Source: Candidatus Methylomirabilota bacterium (GTDB lineage: Bacteria > Methylomirabilota > Methylomirabilia > Methylomirabilales > CSP1-5). From it: a stretch of 64,000 bases of DNA. A model generated the notes under the pieces. It had not been told where the DNA came from, did not search any database, and worked only from the letters and a program-made list of their open reading frames with translations. Every line of letters begins with the position of its first letter. Positions within the stretch are counted from its first letter, which is position 1. The DNA lies in the NCBI GenBank assembly GCA_019456075.1, contig VRUN01000001.1, positions 1,561-65,560 on the forward strand, given 5' to 3'. Shown here piece by piece: positions 63,485-64,000 of this stretch. A program made the position numbers and the translations under genes.

Positions 63485-63693
63485 TCCGAAACCCTCACGC
63501 GGCCCAACGGATACGGTCTGCAATCGGCCGGCCACTGGTGCTCGCTCGATGTACTGATGTCATGATACTCCCCGCATTCAAGGGTTTCAAGGCAGAAAGG
63601 TCGTGCAGTCGTTGACCACTGGATCGGAACCCGGTAGAGTCATGCGTAATCGAGCGGCCACACAGCTCCTTTGTCTATTATGATTGGTATCTC

Positions 63694-64000
63694 ATGGAGA
63701 AACATCTTTCTCTTCTTCTTCCCAGGCCGCAACAGATAAACCGGCTTGACAAGGACTTCGCCGTACCGGCCGAGCCGGTGATCGATCTGGCGTCCTCGGC
63801 TCCGCCGTTGCAGGGTGCCGTCGATCGGCTGGCAGAGACCCTCAGGATCGGTGGACGATCCCCCAGATGGCGGACGTCAGCCGGGGAGGCCCCGAGCACC
63901 CATGAGGCTCACATCACACTCCGCGTCCACCCGACCGTGCTCCCCCAACCCCAGAGCTATCGCCTGGCAATTGACGACGCGGGTATCACGGCCCTCGGCG
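63694..64000 (+). CDS. Partial CDS (3' end outside window), possibly beta-N-acetylhexosaminidase (GH20) N-terminal domain
   Basis: ATG 63694, open to the window end. MEKHLSLLLPRPQQINRLDKDFAVP...AHITLRVHPTVLPQPQSYRLAIDDAGITALG fits the GH20b pattern (LLPxP ... EGYxLxIxxxGIxI). Absent from the ORF track because it has no stop. Confidence 0.4.
   Translation, partial: MEKHLSLLLPRPQQINRLDKDFAVPAEPVIDLASSAPPLQGAVDRLAETLRIGGRSPRWRTSAGEAPSTHEAHITLRVHPTVLPQPQSYRLAIDDAGITALG

Noticed and set aside
1-64000. I looked for CRISPR arrays, tRNA/rRNA genes, IS elements, integrases and toxin-antitoxin pairs.
   Set aside because: I saw no regularly spaced direct repeats, no cloverleaf-compatible intergenic segments in the larger gaps, and no transposase/integrase-like ORFs. 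A covariance-model scan (tRNAscan-SE/Infernal) would be needed for certainty.

Overview
GC-rich bacterial chromosomal window. I saw no rRNA, tRNA, CRISPR array or recognisable IS/transposase by eye. About 70 protein genes can be supported, most on the minus strand and many joined by 1-4 nt start/stop overlaps. In order: a minor type IV pilin/pseudopilin operon; pyk; a 4-gene coupled operon (DUF971 / small-export family / unknown / TolB-like); ferredoxin; ridA; uvrC; proC-yggT-divIVA-yggU; amidase; htpX; an HspR-type heat-shock operon (dnaK-hsp20-dnaJ-hspR) with a HAIR operator over its promoter; cutA-patatin-LysM lytic transglycosylase. The stand-out is a compact six-gene minus-strand cassette at 26.6-31.4 kb with its own promoter. 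It encodes a tandem-AAA+ ATPase, a 264-aa ORFan (possible E2-like), a JAB/JAMM peptidase, a minimal E1-like adenylyltransferase, a beta-grasp Ubl with a C-terminal extension, and a PilZ protein. I read it as a candidate ubiquitin-like tag-and-unfold system with a c-di-GMP input, and I cannot match it to a described system. Further along: a PHA/short-chain acyl-CoA cluster (phaJ, fabG/phaB, phaR, hbd, crt, class III phaC, thiolase, MCM large subunit, acd). Next is a DsbA-like gene whose first CxxC cysteine codon is TGA, followed by a SECIS-like hairpin, so it is a candidate selenoprotein that the ORF track truncates. Two cobalamin riboswitches head a TonB-dependent receptor-TonB-DsbA(Sec) operon and a cbiA-cobQ-btuFCD-like operon. 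The window ends with a dual-REC response regulator, moeA, a lower-GC two-ORFan island, ccmABCDEFGHI directly preceded by an orphan nuoD, and a partial GH20-like gene at the 3' edge. All calls rest on reading motifs, frames and junctions by eye; no database search was run.
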